Assembly (NCBI GenBank): GCA_045647425.1
Contig: JAZRMH010000030.1
Location: 18,068-82,067 of the forward strand
Reading direction: 5' to 3'
Source: Faecousia sp.
Lineage (GTDB): Bacteria; Bacillota; Clostridia; Oscillospirales; Oscillospiraceae
Length of the DNA: 64,000 nt
A model generated the notes under the pieces. That model did no database searches. It was given only the letters and a program-made list of their open reading frames with translations, and was not told the origin of the DNA. Positions 20,345 to 30,022 of the stretch are shown in pieces (position 1 is the stretch's first letter; the number at the start of each line of letters is the position of its first letter). A program made the position numbers and the translations under genes.

Positions 20345-20800
20345 ATGAAAATTTGCTTTGCCGCTTCTACCGGCGGACATTTTGAACAACTGATGATGCT
20401 TCGTCCTTTGATGGACAAGCACGATAGTTTTATTCTCACAGAAAAAACCGCCTATGCCACGGTAAAGCCCACAGACAAGGCTTATTATTTGCATCAGGTC
20501 AACCGCAAGGAAAAAAACTGGCTGTTTGCGATGATTGGCAACGCTTTTCGCAGTTTGGGCATTTTTTTCAAAGAGCGTCCCGACGCGGTGATTTGCACCG
20601 GTGTTTTGGCGATGATTCCCATGTGCTTGTACGCCAAACTCTTTGGCAGGAAACTGATTTACATTGAGTCCTTCGCCAAAGTCACTTCCCCCACGGAAAC
20701 CGGTAAACTGCTGTATAAATTTGCCGACAAATTCTATGTCCAGTGGGAGAGCATGTTGGAAATTTATCCCGACGCCACATTTTTGGGAGGGATTTACTGA
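20345..20800 (+). CDS. Alg14-like glycosyltransferase membrane/anchor subunit (PssD/Cps14F-like)
   Basis: MKICFAASTGGHFEQL, RPDAVICTG and IYIESFAKVTSPTETGKL..QW are typical of the family. Confidence 0.8.
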   Translation: MKICFAASTGGHFEQLMMLRPLMDKHDSFILTEKTAYATVKPTDKAYYLHQVNRKEKNWLFAMIGNAFRSLGIFFKERPDAVICTGVLAMIPMCLYAKLFGRKLIYIESFAKVTSPTETGKLLYKFADKFYVQWESMLEIYPDATFLGGIY

Positions 20801-21291
20801 TGATTTTTGTTACATTAGGCTCTCAAAAATTTCAGTTTGACCGACTTTTGGAAAAACTGGACGTTCTGCTGGCGCAGGGGGTTATCACCGACGAAGTGTT
20901 TGCCCAATCCGGCTACAGCACCTACCGCCCCAAGCATTTTACGGCTGTGGATTTTATGGACAGAGAAACCTTTGCAAACTATATGCAAAAGGCGGATATG
21001 GTGATTACCCACGCCGGCACCGGTGCCATTATCGGCGGTGTGAAGGCGGGAAAAAAGGTCATTGCCGTGCCCCGACTTGCCAAATTTGGCGAGCATGTGG
21101 ATGACCACCAATTGCAGATTGTGGAGCAGTTTTCCGAAATGCAGATTATTGAGCCTTGCTACGATTTGACTTTGCTGGGCAAGACATATCAAAAAGCCTT
21201 GGAAACCACTTACACACCCTATGTGTCCAACACCCAAACCATTATCCGCAGTATCGAAGAATTTTTACAAGGGGACAAGACAAATGGATAA
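20800..21291 (+). CDS. Alg13-like glycosyltransferase catalytic subunit (PssE/Cps14G-like, Glyco_tran_28_C)
   Basis: The start overlaps the upstream stop. MIFVTLGSQKFQFDRL, ITHAGTGAIIGG and GEHVDDHQLQIV. Confidence 0.8.
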   Translation: MIFVTLGSQKFQFDRLLEKLDVLLAQGVITDEVFAQSGYSTYRPKHFTAVDFMDRETFANYMQKADMVITHAGTGAIIGGVKAGKKVIAVPRLAKFGEHVDDHQLQIVEQFSEMQIIEPCYDLTLLGKTYQKALETTYTPYVSNTQTIIRSIEEFLQGDKTNG

Positions 21292-22165
21292 TCTGACAAA
21301 AAATCTCATATTAACGCCATTTAATTTGCTGTATAAAATCAGCCCCGAGTTGGATTTAAAACTGCTGTTTCGGCTGAAATTGGGCTATCCTTTGCATTTG
21401 GAAAACCCCGTTACCTACAATGAAAAATTGCAGTGGATTAAACTCAACGATAAAAACCCCTTAATGCCTAAGTGCTGTGATAAATATGCGGTTCGGCAGT
21501 ATATTGAAAGCAAGGGTTACGGCCATATTCTAAACGGCCTTTTGTGGCAGGGATTTAACCCCGAGGAAATTCCTTTCGACAGTCTGCCCTCGCGGTTTGT
21601 GGTGAAAGTCACCCACGGCTCGACTTTTAATATTATCTGCACCGACAAATCCAAACTGGACCGGGCAGATGTGATTGCAAAGTGCAAAAAGTGGCTGAAA
21701 GCCAAATTTTTGCCCTGCTACGGCGAGTGGTTTTACGGTATTGAAAAACCCCGCGTGATTGTGGAAGAATTTTTGGAAGGGGACAACGGAATGCCCCTAT
21801 TTGACTACAAACTCTTCTGCTTTAACGGTGAGCCGAAAATGGCATATATCGACACTTGGAAGGATGGAAAGCATACCATTAACGCCTACGATATGGATTG
21901 CAACCTATTTAAGGGCGTCCGTTTGGGCTACCCCAACGACGACGAAACCCAAGTGGAAAAGCCTGCCTGCTGGGAAGAAATGAAGCAAATCGCCCGAGAT
22001 TTGTCCAAAGATTTCCTACATGTCCGTGTGGACTTCTACTATACCCACGGCAAAATTTATTTTGGCGAACTGACCTTCACCAAAGGCGCGGGCTTCGGCA
22101 AAATCGAGCCTCACGACTTTGATGTGAAAATGGGCAACTGGTTGAATTTGCCGAAAAAACAGTAA
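21284..22165 (+). CDS. TupA-like ATP-grasp amidoligase family protein
   Basis: YNEKLQWIKL, VVKVTHGS, DYKLFCFNGEP and RVDFYYTHGKIYFGELTFTKGAGFG are characteristic of TupA-type ATP-grasp proteins from polysaccharide loci. Visibly AT-richer than its neighbours. Confidence 0.75.
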   Translation: MDNLTKNLILTPFNLLYKISPELDLKLLFRLKLGYPLHLENPVTYNEKLQWIKLNDKNPLMPKCCDKYAVRQYIESKGYGHILNGLLWQGFNPEEIPFDSLPSRFVVKVTHGSTFNIICTDKSKLDRADVIAKCKKWLKAKFLPCYGEWFYGIEKPRVIVEEFLEGDNGMPLFDYKLFCFNGEPKMAYIDTWKDGKHTINAYDMDCNLFKGVRLGYPNDDETQVEKPACWEEMKQIARDLSKDFLHVRVDFYYTHGKIYFGELTFTKGAGFGKIEPHDFDVKMGNWLNLPKKQ

Positions 22166-22178
22166 AACGGAGCGCGTT

Positions 22179-23078
22179 ATGGAAAAAGTATTGGTTTTAA
22201 TGGCCAGTTACAACGGCGGGAAATATATTGACCAACAAATCGAAAGCCTATTCGCCCAAGAAGGCGTGGAAGTAGAACTTTTGGTGCGGGACGACGGGTC
22301 TTCCGACGATACCTGCGCCCGATTGGATGCTTGGGCAGAAAAAACAAATACCCGCTGGTACACCGGCCCCCACCTCAATGTCCAGTTCGGCTTTTACGAT
22401 TTGATGGTCAAAGCCATGGAAAGCGACGCAAAATACTATGCTTTTTGCGACCAAGACGATGTGTGGGATATGGATAAACTGTCCGCCGGTGTGGCGCTTT
22501 TGCAGACCGTGGCAGAAGGTCAGCCGGGGCTGTATTACTGCGGGCAACGGCTGGTAGATGCCAATTTAAATCACCTATCCGACCACAGCCTCAATCGCCA
22601 CAGAAGTCCCCACGCAAGATTTGTACTCAACGATATGGCAGGCTGTACTGCGGTGTTTAATCGGGCACTTTTGGAAAAAATGACCGCTTACCGCCCCGCC
22701 TACATTCGGATGCACGATGTTTGGATGACCAAAGTTTGCTTAGGACTGGGGGGACAGATTTTCCCCGACCCCGACACCCATATGGCCTATCGGCAACACG
22801 GCAATAATGTCATTGGCCTCAGCGGTGGACTAAAATCCAAACTCCGTCGGGCAAAAATGATTATTTTTGAAAGCAGTATTTATCGGCAGGCGGAGCAGTT
22901 GCTGGCCGGTTACGAACAAGAATTGCTACCGGAATATCGGGCGCTGATTGCGGACATTTTGGCAAGCAAAAAAAGCCTGCCCGCCCGTATCCGTTTGCTG
23001 AGAAAGCATAACATCCATTTCCACGATAAAGGTCTTTCTTTGACCTTTGCCTTAAAGGTACTGCTGGGAAAAATATAA
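22179..23078 (+). CDS. Family 2 glycosyltransferase (rhamnosyltransferase-like)
   Basis: VLMASYNGGKYIDQQIESL, RDDGSSDDT and CDQDDVWD (DxD). Confidence 0.85.
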   Translation: MEKVLVLMASYNGGKYIDQQIESLFAQEGVEVELLVRDDGSSDDTCARLDAWAEKTNTRWYTGPHLNVQFGFYDLMVKAMESDAKYYAFCDQDDVWDMDKLSAGVALLQTVAEGQPGLYYCGQRLVDANLNHLSDHSLNRHRSPHARFVLNDMAGCTAVFNRALLEKMTAYRPAYIRMHDVWMTKVCLGLGGQIFPDPDTHMAYRQHGNNVIGLSGGLKSKLRRAKMIIFESSIYRQAEQLLAGYEQELLPEYRALIADILASKKSLPARIRLLRKHNIHFHDKGLSLTFALKVLLGKI

Positions 23079-23096
23079 AAGTAAAAGAGGTAGACC

Positions 23097-24020
23097 ATGA
23101 ACCAGTCGGTGATTGTGTTAATGTCCACATATAATGGGCAGAAATATCTGAAAGAGCAGATTGAAAGTATCTATAATCAGGATTTTTCCGGTCATATTAC
23201 GGTGGTAATTCGGGATGACGGATCCAAGGACAATACCCTAAAAATCATTTCGGAATTTGTTCCCACGGCAGACCGTGCCGTGCAACTGATTGCCGAACAA
23301 AATATCGGCCCCCAAAAGAGTTTTTTGGAACTGATTCGTCGCGTCCCCCAAGCAGATTTTTACTGCTTTGCCGACCAAGACGATGTGTGGGATGCAGATA
23401 AGGTTTCGGTTGCCGTAAAAGCGTTGGCGCAGGAAGGGGAAAGCCCCGCTTGCTATTGCAGTAATTATCGCCTGACGGATATGAACCTGCAGGTGTATCG
23501 CCCGAAGGCCATTGCAGAAACCCCGAAGTTTACCCCCTTGAAGACTTTGCTGTACAACCGAATCCCCGGTTGTGTGATGGTGTTCAACCGCGCGCTGATG
23601 GGGCTTTTGCAGAAGGTAGAGTTGGAAGATGTGATGATGCACGATTCTATGGTGATGTGCCTTGCTTCCTACTGCGGAAAGGTCATTTTTGACCCCACCC
23701 CCCGCATTTCCCACAGAATCCACTTGGATAATGTGGTGGGCGACGGACATAAAAAAATTATTCCCCATAAATGGATTGTGGAAAAGGTCAAGTTGGTCTG
23801 CAAGAAAGAGCATTACGACCTTTCAAAAATGGCAGAGCAGCTTTTGGCGGTTGCGCCGGCGGTCAGTCCAGCCTATCATCGGGATATGTGCTTACTGCGG
23901 GATTTCAAAAAGTCCGGAAAGGACACCCGCGCCCTTTTGCGTCATCCCGACACCCAAGGCAAGCGGTTCGGTCGCACTACGATGTCCATTCGCTGTAAAA
24001 TTTGGATGCATTTATTCTAA
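23097..24020 (+). CDS. Family 2 glycosyltransferase, diverged paralogue of the preceding gene
   Basis: VLMSTYNGQKYLKEQIESI, RDDGSKDNT and ADQDDVWD. Same architecture as the 22179-23078 product. Confidence 0.85.
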   Translation: MNQSVIVLMSTYNGQKYLKEQIESIYNQDFSGHITVVIRDDGSKDNTLKIISEFVPTADRAVQLIAEQNIGPQKSFLELIRRVPQADFYCFADQDDVWDADKVSVAVKALAQEGESPACYCSNYRLTDMNLQVYRPKAIAETPKFTPLKTLLYNRIPGCVMVFNRALMGLLQKVELEDVMMHDSMVMCLASYCGKVIFDPTPRISHRIHLDNVVGDGHKKIIPHKWIVEKVKLVCKKEHYDLSKMAEQLLAVAPAVSPAYHRDMCLLRDFKKSGKDTRALLRHPDTQGKRFGRTTMSIRCKIWMHLF

Positions 24021-24034
24021 AGGAGGCAGGCGCT

Positions 24035-25099
24035 ATGCCCGAAGCAAAAAAGATTTGTTTTGTGCTTCCCAATCATATCCGTAAGCCCATTGGCGGACAC
24101 AAAATTGTTTTTGAATATGCCAATCGCCTTGTGCAGGCGGGTTTCGAGGTGGATATTTGCTACCAAAATCGGGATGTGCTGAAAAAGTTTCACCTGCCTG
24201 AACCCTTGCGCCGGATGGCCACCAACTTTTTGGCACGAAAGGGGATAAACTGGTTTCCCCTCTCTAACAAGGTGAAGAACTACTCCGGCTATGACCCCGC
24301 ATTTTTAAAACATACCAAACAATACGATTATGTATTCGCCACCGGCGTAGATACCGCAGAATTTGTGCAGAAGCAGTTCTCTTGCCGAAAGTTATACCTG
24401 ATTCAGGGCTATGAAAACTGGTCGGTGTCCGAGGAATACCTGCACAGCACTTACCAAATGGACTTTACCAACATCGCCGTTGCCAACTGGCTCAAGCCGG
24501 TGGTGGAAACCCATTCCCAAAAGCCTTGTTATGTGATTAAAAACCCCGTAGATGTGGGATTTTATCAAATTTCCAACCCCTTGGAAAATCGAAAGCAACA
24601 TACCGTGGCGGCGCTGTATCACACCACCCCTTGCAAGGGCTTTTCCTATTTGATGGAAGCGCTGTTGCAACTGAAAGAGAAATATCCGGATTTTCAGGCG
24701 GAGATTTTTGGAATTCCCCCTCGTCCTGCGGAATTTCCCGATTGGATTGTGTACACCCAAAGCGCCACCGCCGAGGAAACCGTGGCGATTTACAATCGGG
24801 TGCCGGTGTTCCTCTGCGCCAGTGTGGAGGAGGGCTTCGGCCTGACCGGATTGGAAGCCATGGCCTGCGGTGCGGCGCTGGTTTCCACCGCGTATCAGGG
24901 GGTTTTGGAATATGCTGACGAAACAACCGCCCTACTTTCCCCCGTGAAGGATGTAAACGCATTGGCAGAAAATGTCAGCGACCTATTTGAAAACGACGAA
25001 AAACGCATTGCCTTGGCACAGACCGGACACGACAGTGTGCAAGACTTGTCTTGGGATGTGGCAATGGAAAAATTGCTTGGAATTTTAAAGGCAGAATAA
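24035..25099 (+). CDS. GT-B fold family 1 (GT4-type) glycosyltransferase
   Basis: ATG 24035 follows AGGAGG. C-terminal EEGFGLTGLEAMACGAALV (E-x7-E). Confidence 0.85.
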   Translation: MPEAKKICFVLPNHIRKPIGGHKIVFEYANRLVQAGFEVDICYQNRDVLKKFHLPEPLRRMATNFLARKGINWFPLSNKVKNYSGYDPAFLKHTKQYDYVFATGVDTAEFVQKQFSCRKLYLIQGYENWSVSEEYLHSTYQMDFTNIAVANWLKPVVETHSQKPCYVIKNPVDVGFYQISNPLENRKQHTVAALYHTTPCKGFSYLMEALLQLKEKYPDFQAEIFGIPPRPAEFPDWIVYTQSATAEETVAIYNRVPVFLCASVEEGFGLTGLEAMACGAALVSTAYQGVLEYADETTALLSPVKDVNALAENVSDLFENDEKRIALAQTGHDSVQDLSWDVAMEKLLGILKAE

Positions 25100-25119
25100 G
25101 AAAAAAGGAGGAGATAAGG

Positions 25120-26301
25120 ATGATAAATTCCGTTCGCAAAGAAACGCTGTATTATTTCTTTTTGCGACTGTTTGTCTATGTCAATGTCTTCTCCGAAAGC
25201 CAGTTAGACACAATGCCGGTGGTGGGCGAACTGCTGTTTTTGCTCCGCAACGGCTTGCTTGTGGCGTTTTTTCTGCTGTTACTCATCGATGACCGTGGAT
25301 TTCGGCAAAATTTTGTGGCCATCGGTGGAAGCATTCTGCTGTTCTTCGCCTTCCGCATTGTGGCCAATAACAGCGGTCTGACCCCTATCACTCTATTTTT
25401 AATTGCGTGGACTTCTTACAAGAAAGATTTGAGCAAAATTTTTAAGTATGTGCTGACGGACATTATCCTAGGCTATCTTTTGGTCTACGGCTTGTGCGCA
25501 GTGGGTATTTTGGAAGATGAAGTGTCCAATCGGACCGTGGTGGATTTTAAAGGCTCTTTTTTAAGCGGTGATTACGCTCGTCACAATTTGGGCTTTGTTA
25601 TCCACAACCAAAGCCCCACCACATTTTTGCTGGTGGTATTATTGGCAATCGGCTATCGGGGCAGTCACTTGTCCTTTCCGATTTGCGTGGGCATCTTAGC
25701 GTTAAACACTTTGTTTTTCTATCTGTGCGGTTCTCGGGTGGTGTTCCTTTTGGGAATCGTGGTGGTGCTGGCTTACTGGCTGGCGCTGTTCCTGAAAAAA
25801 CGCTTCCACCTGACAACCCTTGCCAAAATCGGGTATTTGGCATTTCCTTTGTGCTGTATCGGTATGTTTTTGGCAACTTACCTCTATCCCCGAGGCTCTT
25901 ATGCGTTGTATTTGGCAAACGGATTGCTCAATAATCGCCTTTTGTTTGGCTACACTGCCTTGCAGAAATACGGTTTTACCTTATTCGGGGCAGGGCAGAG
26001 CGCAGGTTCCTATGCCACGATGGATGTGACGGTGGACAGCGGGTACATCATCACCTATCTTCAGCAAGGCCTTGTGGTTTTGGTGCTGATGATGCTGGTA
26101 TTCCAGCGGGCGATGACCGTAGCCATCCGTCGGAAAAATATTTTCCTAGTGATGGCGCTGTGCTTTGTGGCGGTGGAAAACATTGTCAACGCCCATATTT
26201 TCAGTTATAAACTGATACCGTTCTACTGCATCTTGCTCAATCCCGATGCGGAATTTCTGTCCGACGGGGTTGCCCCGCGAAAATGGCTGACATTGGAGTA
26301 A
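25120..26301 (+). CDS. Polytopic membrane protein, probable Wzy-type polysaccharide polymerase
   Basis: 394 aa with 10 or more hydrophobic helices and no soluble domain. Sits between the GT genes and Wzx. RBS AGGAGGAG. Confidence 0.6.
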   Translation: MINSVRKETLYYFFLRLFVYVNVFSESQLDTMPVVGELLFLLRNGLLVAFFLLLLIDDRGFRQNFVAIGGSILLFFAFRIVANNSGLTPITLFLIAWTSYKKDLSKIFKYVLTDIILGYLLVYGLCAVGILEDEVSNRTVVDFKGSFLSGDYARHNLGFVIHNQSPTTFLLVVLLAIGYRGSHLSFPICVGILALNTLFFYLCGSRVVFLLGIVVVLAYWLALFLKKRFHLTTLAKIGYLAFPLCCIGMFLATYLYPRGSYALYLANGLLNNRLLFGYTALQKYGFTLFGAGQSAGSYATMDVTVDSGYIITYLQQGLVVLVLMMLVFQRAMTVAIRRKNIFLVMALCFVAVENIVNAHIFSYKLIPFYCILLNPDAEFLSDGVAPRKWLTLE

Positions 26302-26316
26302 ATAAGGAGTTCGCTT

Positions 26317-27345
26317 ATGATTTTTGCCGTATTGTTGCTCTGCGTTTGTGCGCTACTCGGTCTAAAACTTCGGAAAGACTGTCCGGATAACTTGGGGAAA
26401 CGAGATACTACCATTATCAACGGTATTTTTGTGATTTTGATTTTTCTCAGCCACAGCACCCAATATCTGCCCATGTCCCAAGCCATTCCCGACCGGTTAT
26501 ATGTGAAGTTCCAAAACTTCCACAACCAGTGGGTCGTGACCACCTTCTTGGCCTTTAGCGGATATGGCGTGATGCACCAATTGCAGGCAAAAGGGGCGGA
26601 ATACTTGAAAGGCTTCCCACAAAACCGCCTTTTGAAGACTTGGTACCATTTTGCCATCGCCGTGGCGTTATATGTGGTGCTAAACCTGATTTTAAAGATT
26701 TCCTATCCGACTTGGGATACGGTTTTGAGTTTTACCGGTCTGACATCCATCGGCAACAGCAATTGGTATGTGTTTACCATTTTGATTTTGTATGCCGTGA
26801 CCTATCTGTTTGCCCGCTTTGCATCTCTGCGGGGGGAGCGGTTGGTTTGGGTGATGGGTGTGTTCTGCGTGGTGTTTGTGGCAGTTTCCCACCTTACCGG
26901 ACTTCCTTCCCGCTTCTGTTCCACCGTTTGCAGTTATGCGTTGGGTATGGGAGTTTATTGGTATCGGGAAAAGTTGTTGCGGTTTTTCTACGAGAAAAAA
27001 TGGTCTGTCATTTTCCCCGCTTTGGGGCTGGCGGCTACTTATTTCTTCCGAGAAAACGATTACATTATGAACTTCAACTCTTGCTGTTTCGTGCTGTGCG
27101 TGGTGTGGTTTATGTCCAATTTTTCCATGGACAACAAGTTCCTCAATTTCATCGGAACCCACGCCTTCAGCATTTATATTTTGCAACGAATCCCCATGAT
27201 TTTGCTTACGCAGTTCGTGGAAATCCCCGCTCTGTGGCGCACCCCCGTGAGTTTGGGTTTGCTGGCTTGTACCGTGGGCATTTCTGTGGCGTTTGACCGC
27301 CTAACCCCCGTTTTGGACGGGCTTTTGTTGGGGAAGAAGGAGTAA
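26317..27345 (+). CDS. Membrane acyltransferase (acyltransferase-3 family, putative O-acetyltransferase)
   Basis: 342 aa, about 10 TM helices. INGIFVILIFLSHS and HAFSIYILQRIP are typical of the family. Confidence 0.75.
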   Translation: MIFAVLLLCVCALLGLKLRKDCPDNLGKRDTTIINGIFVILIFLSHSTQYLPMSQAIPDRLYVKFQNFHNQWVVTTFLAFSGYGVMHQLQAKGAEYLKGFPQNRLLKTWYHFAIAVALYVVLNLILKISYPTWDTVLSFTGLTSIGNSNWYVFTILILYAVTYLFARFASLRGERLVWVMGVFCVVFVAVSHLTGLPSRFCSTVCSYALGMGVYWYREKLLRFFYEKKWSVIFPALGLAATYFFRENDYIMNFNSCCFVLCVVWFMSNFSMDNKFLNFIGTHAFSIYILQRIPMILLTQFVEIPALWRTPVSLGLLACTVGISVAFDRLTPVLDGLLLGKKE

Positions 27346-27351
27346 TTCGCG

Positions 27352-28773
27352 GTGAATGAAAAGTTAAAATATTTAACAACCAACACCTTGGTGTTTGCCA
27401 TCAGTTCCTTTGGCACAAAGTTTTTGTCCTTTGTGCTGGTGCCCCTTTACACCAATGTACTGACCACTGCCGAATACGGCATTGCCGATATTATTGTCAC
27501 TACGGCAACCTTGATGATTTTCTTATTCACAGTGAATATCGCCGATTCCGTGCTTCGGTTTGGCATTGAGGCAAAGTCCGGCAAGCAGGAAATTCTGTCC
27601 TACGGTATGCGGGTCATCGGCATCGGCAGCCTTTTGGCGGCCGGAGTGCTGACGGTGGTGGCGCTGAGCGGTTTGGTGGATTGGAAAACAGAATATTATG
27701 TGTTCTTGTTCCTATATTATTTCTTTACGGCGTTGTATCAAACCTTAGCCAACTATATGCGGGCGGCAGACAAGGTAAAAGATGTGGCCATCGGCGGTAT
27801 CATTTCCTCTGTGGCTATGATTGGCTGTAATTTGCTGTTTTTGCTGGTGATTAAAATCGGGCTGATGGGCTATCTAATCGGCTTGGTGGCAGGTCACTTG
27901 GCAGGCACGGTTTATTTCCTGCTCAGAGGGAAAATTACCCTGCCTTACTGGGGCATTCGGCTGTGTGACAAGGAAACCCGCCATCGAATGATGGTATACT
28001 GTATGCCCCTGATTCTCAACAGCGTGGCGCTGTGGGTCAATAGTTTTCTATCCCGCTTTTTCATCACCGGTTTTTGCGGTGCGGGTGCCAACGGCATTTA
28101 TTCCGTGGCCAACAAAATCCCCGTTATTTTATCCACTTGCTACACCGTGTTTTCCCAAGCGTGGGGACTTTCCGCCATTCGGGAATTTGACCCCGAGGAT
28201 ACCGACGGCTTCTTTGCCGGTACCTATAAAGTCTATAACGCCCTGATTTGTATGGCTTGCAGTGGGCTGATTATCCTCAATGTGCCCATTGCCAAATTGC
28301 TGTTTGCCAAGGACTTTTTTGTGGCTTGGGAATATTCCTCTTTGCTGCTGCTGTCGGTGATGTTCAATGCCCTGACGGTGTTTATGGGCAGTATTTTCAC
28401 CGCGGTGAAAAATACCAAAATTTTGGCAACCACCACGCTCTTTTCTGCGGTGGTGAATATTGGGCTGAACTTGCTTCTTGTGCCAAAAATGGGGGTTATG
28501 GGTGCGGCTTTGGCCAACTTTACTTCCTATGTGGTGATGTGGGTGGTTCGGCTGGTGTACGCCAAGAAGTATATCAAAATGAAAATCAACTTGGCCAAGG
28601 ATGTTTTGGTCTATGTGTTGCTCTTGGGGCAGGTCGTGTTGGAACATCGCCTGCCGGACCACGGCTATGTATGGCAGGGGTTGATTTTTGTGGGAATTGT
28701 CCTTCTAAACGGCAAGCAGTTTGTAGAGATTTTAAAGAAGTTATTTTCTAAATTTTTATCCAAGAAGGGGTAA
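27352..28773 (+). CDS. Wzx-type oligosaccharide flippase (MOP/PST family)
   Basis: GTG start 9 nt after AGGAG. 473 aa, 12-14 TM helices. N-terminus SFGTKFLSFVLVPLYTNVLTTAEYG. Confidence 0.8.
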   Translation: MNEKLKYLTTNTLVFAISSFGTKFLSFVLVPLYTNVLTTAEYGIADIIVTTATLMIFLFTVNIADSVLRFGIEAKSGKQEILSYGMRVIGIGSLLAAGVLTVVALSGLVDWKTEYYVFLFLYYFFTALYQTLANYMRAADKVKDVAIGGIISSVAMIGCNLLFLLVIKIGLMGYLIGLVAGHLAGTVYFLLRGKITLPYWGIRLCDKETRHRMMVYCMPLILNSVALWVNSFLSRFFITGFCGAGANGIYSVANKIPVILSTCYTVFSQAWGLSAIREFDPEDTDGFFAGTYKVYNALICMACSGLIILNVPIAKLLFAKDFFVAWEYSSLLLLSVMFNALTVFMGSIFTAVKNTKILATTTLFSAVVNIGLNLLLVPKMGVMGAALANFTSYVVMWVVRLVYAKKYIKMKINLAKDVLVYVLLLGQVVLEHRLPDHGYVWQGLIFVGIVLLNGKQFVEILKKLFSKFLSKKG

Positions 28774-28776
28774 ATT

Positions 28777-30012
28777 ATGTCGCTGATTGAGAAAGTAGTC
28801 ACCCAAGTAAAGCGCTACGGTATTTCCAGCGTGACCCAGCGGGTGTTGCAAAATAAAATATATCCCCCCTTAGATCGGCTTTGTATGGGGGTTATGAAAC
28901 GACTTACGAAAAATAAGCCCTTGCAAGACACCATTATTTTGGAAAGTCATAACGATTTTGACACCAACGGCGGCGGTTTGTATCGCTATCTCATTGCCCA
29001 AGGGCATAACCGAAACTACCGGATTGTGTGGTTTCTGCGGAATAAAAAGCCGAAGAATTTGCCGGAAAATGTGTTGGCTTTCAATATGTTCCGCCCCAGT
29101 TTCCGAAAGGCCTATTATCTTTGCACCGCAAAGATTATCAGCATCGACCATGTGTTCCCCCCGAAGGTCAGAAACGACCAAAAACTGTTTTACCTCACCC
29201 ACGGTCCTTTCTGCTTGAAGGCGGTGTCCGGCAAGGTTTGTATGCCCGAGGGGTTGGACTATTACTTATGTCCTTCCAAGGCGGTGGCGGAAATTCACGC
29301 CAGCCAGTTGGGGCAGGACTATCCCAACAAGCGCGAGTTGATTTTAGGCTTTCCCGTCCATGATGTGCTGTATTCCCAAGAAAAAGGAGATTTGCACAAA
29401 TTGACGGATAAGGCTTTTTCCAAGGTGCTGTTGTGGATGCCCACCTTCCGCCGTTCCAAGGTGCATCTCAAGCGCATTGACAGCAAAATGGAACAGCCTA
29501 TGGGCATTCCCATTATCGAAGATGAACAGAGTTATCAGGCGCTAAATTCTGCGTTGGCAAAGGAAAATGCGCTGTTGATCATTAAAATTCACCCTATGCA
29601 GGACTTGACCTATGTGAAGGTGAAGAGTCTGTCCAACATTTTGGTGCTGGACGGTATGGCTATGAAGCGGTTTGGGATTGATAACTACCGTTTGATGAAA
29701 GATACCGATGCCCTCATCAGCGACTATTCCTCTGCGGCCAATGACTATTTGCATACCGGAAAACCCGTTGCCTATACCATGGATGACGCAGGCTGTTTCG
29801 GTTCGGGCTTTATTGTGGACGATGTGACCACTATGACAGCAGGTCCGTTTATTCGCAATCAGGAAGATTTTTGGGAATTTGTCAAGCAAGTACTGTCCGG
29901 TGAGGATGCTTACCGAGAAAAACGACAACAACTACTGAAAACCATTTTCGATTACCGTGACGGCAACAGCGCCCAGCGTCTGTGCCGATTTATGGGAATT
30001 GAAAAAGAGTAA
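28777..30012 (+). CDS. CDP-glycerol glycerophosphotransferase family protein (TagB/TagF-type)
   Basis: LLWMPTFR, IKIHPM and LISDYSSAANDYLHTGKPVAYTMDD match the Glyphos_transf core. Confidence 0.8.
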   Translation: MSLIEKVVTQVKRYGISSVTQRVLQNKIYPPLDRLCMGVMKRLTKNKPLQDTIILESHNDFDTNGGGLYRYLIAQGHNRNYRIVWFLRNKKPKNLPENVLAFNMFRPSFRKAYYLCTAKIISIDHVFPPKVRNDQKLFYLTHGPFCLKAVSGKVCMPEGLDYYLCPSKAVAEIHASQLGQDYPNKRELILGFPVHDVLYSQEKGDLHKLTDKAFSKVLLWMPTFRRSKVHLKRIDSKMEQPMGIPIIEDEQSYQALNSALAKENALLIIKIHPMQDLTYVKVKSLSNILVLDGMAMKRFGIDNYRLMKDTDALISDYSSAANDYLHTGKPVAYTMDDAGCFGSGFIVDDVTTMTAGPFIRNQEDFWEFVKQVLSGEDAYREKRQQLLKTIFDYRDGNSAQRLCRFMGIEKE

Positions 30013-30022
30013 GGAGAAAAAT

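Noticed and set aside
26640-27296. A 218-aa plus-strand ORF in an alternative frame inside the acyltransferase gene.
   Set aside because: It is a same-strand overlapping frame with an Arg/Gly/Cys-rich, non-membrane-like sequence. The annotated frame gives a coherent 10-TM acyltransferase-3 protein.
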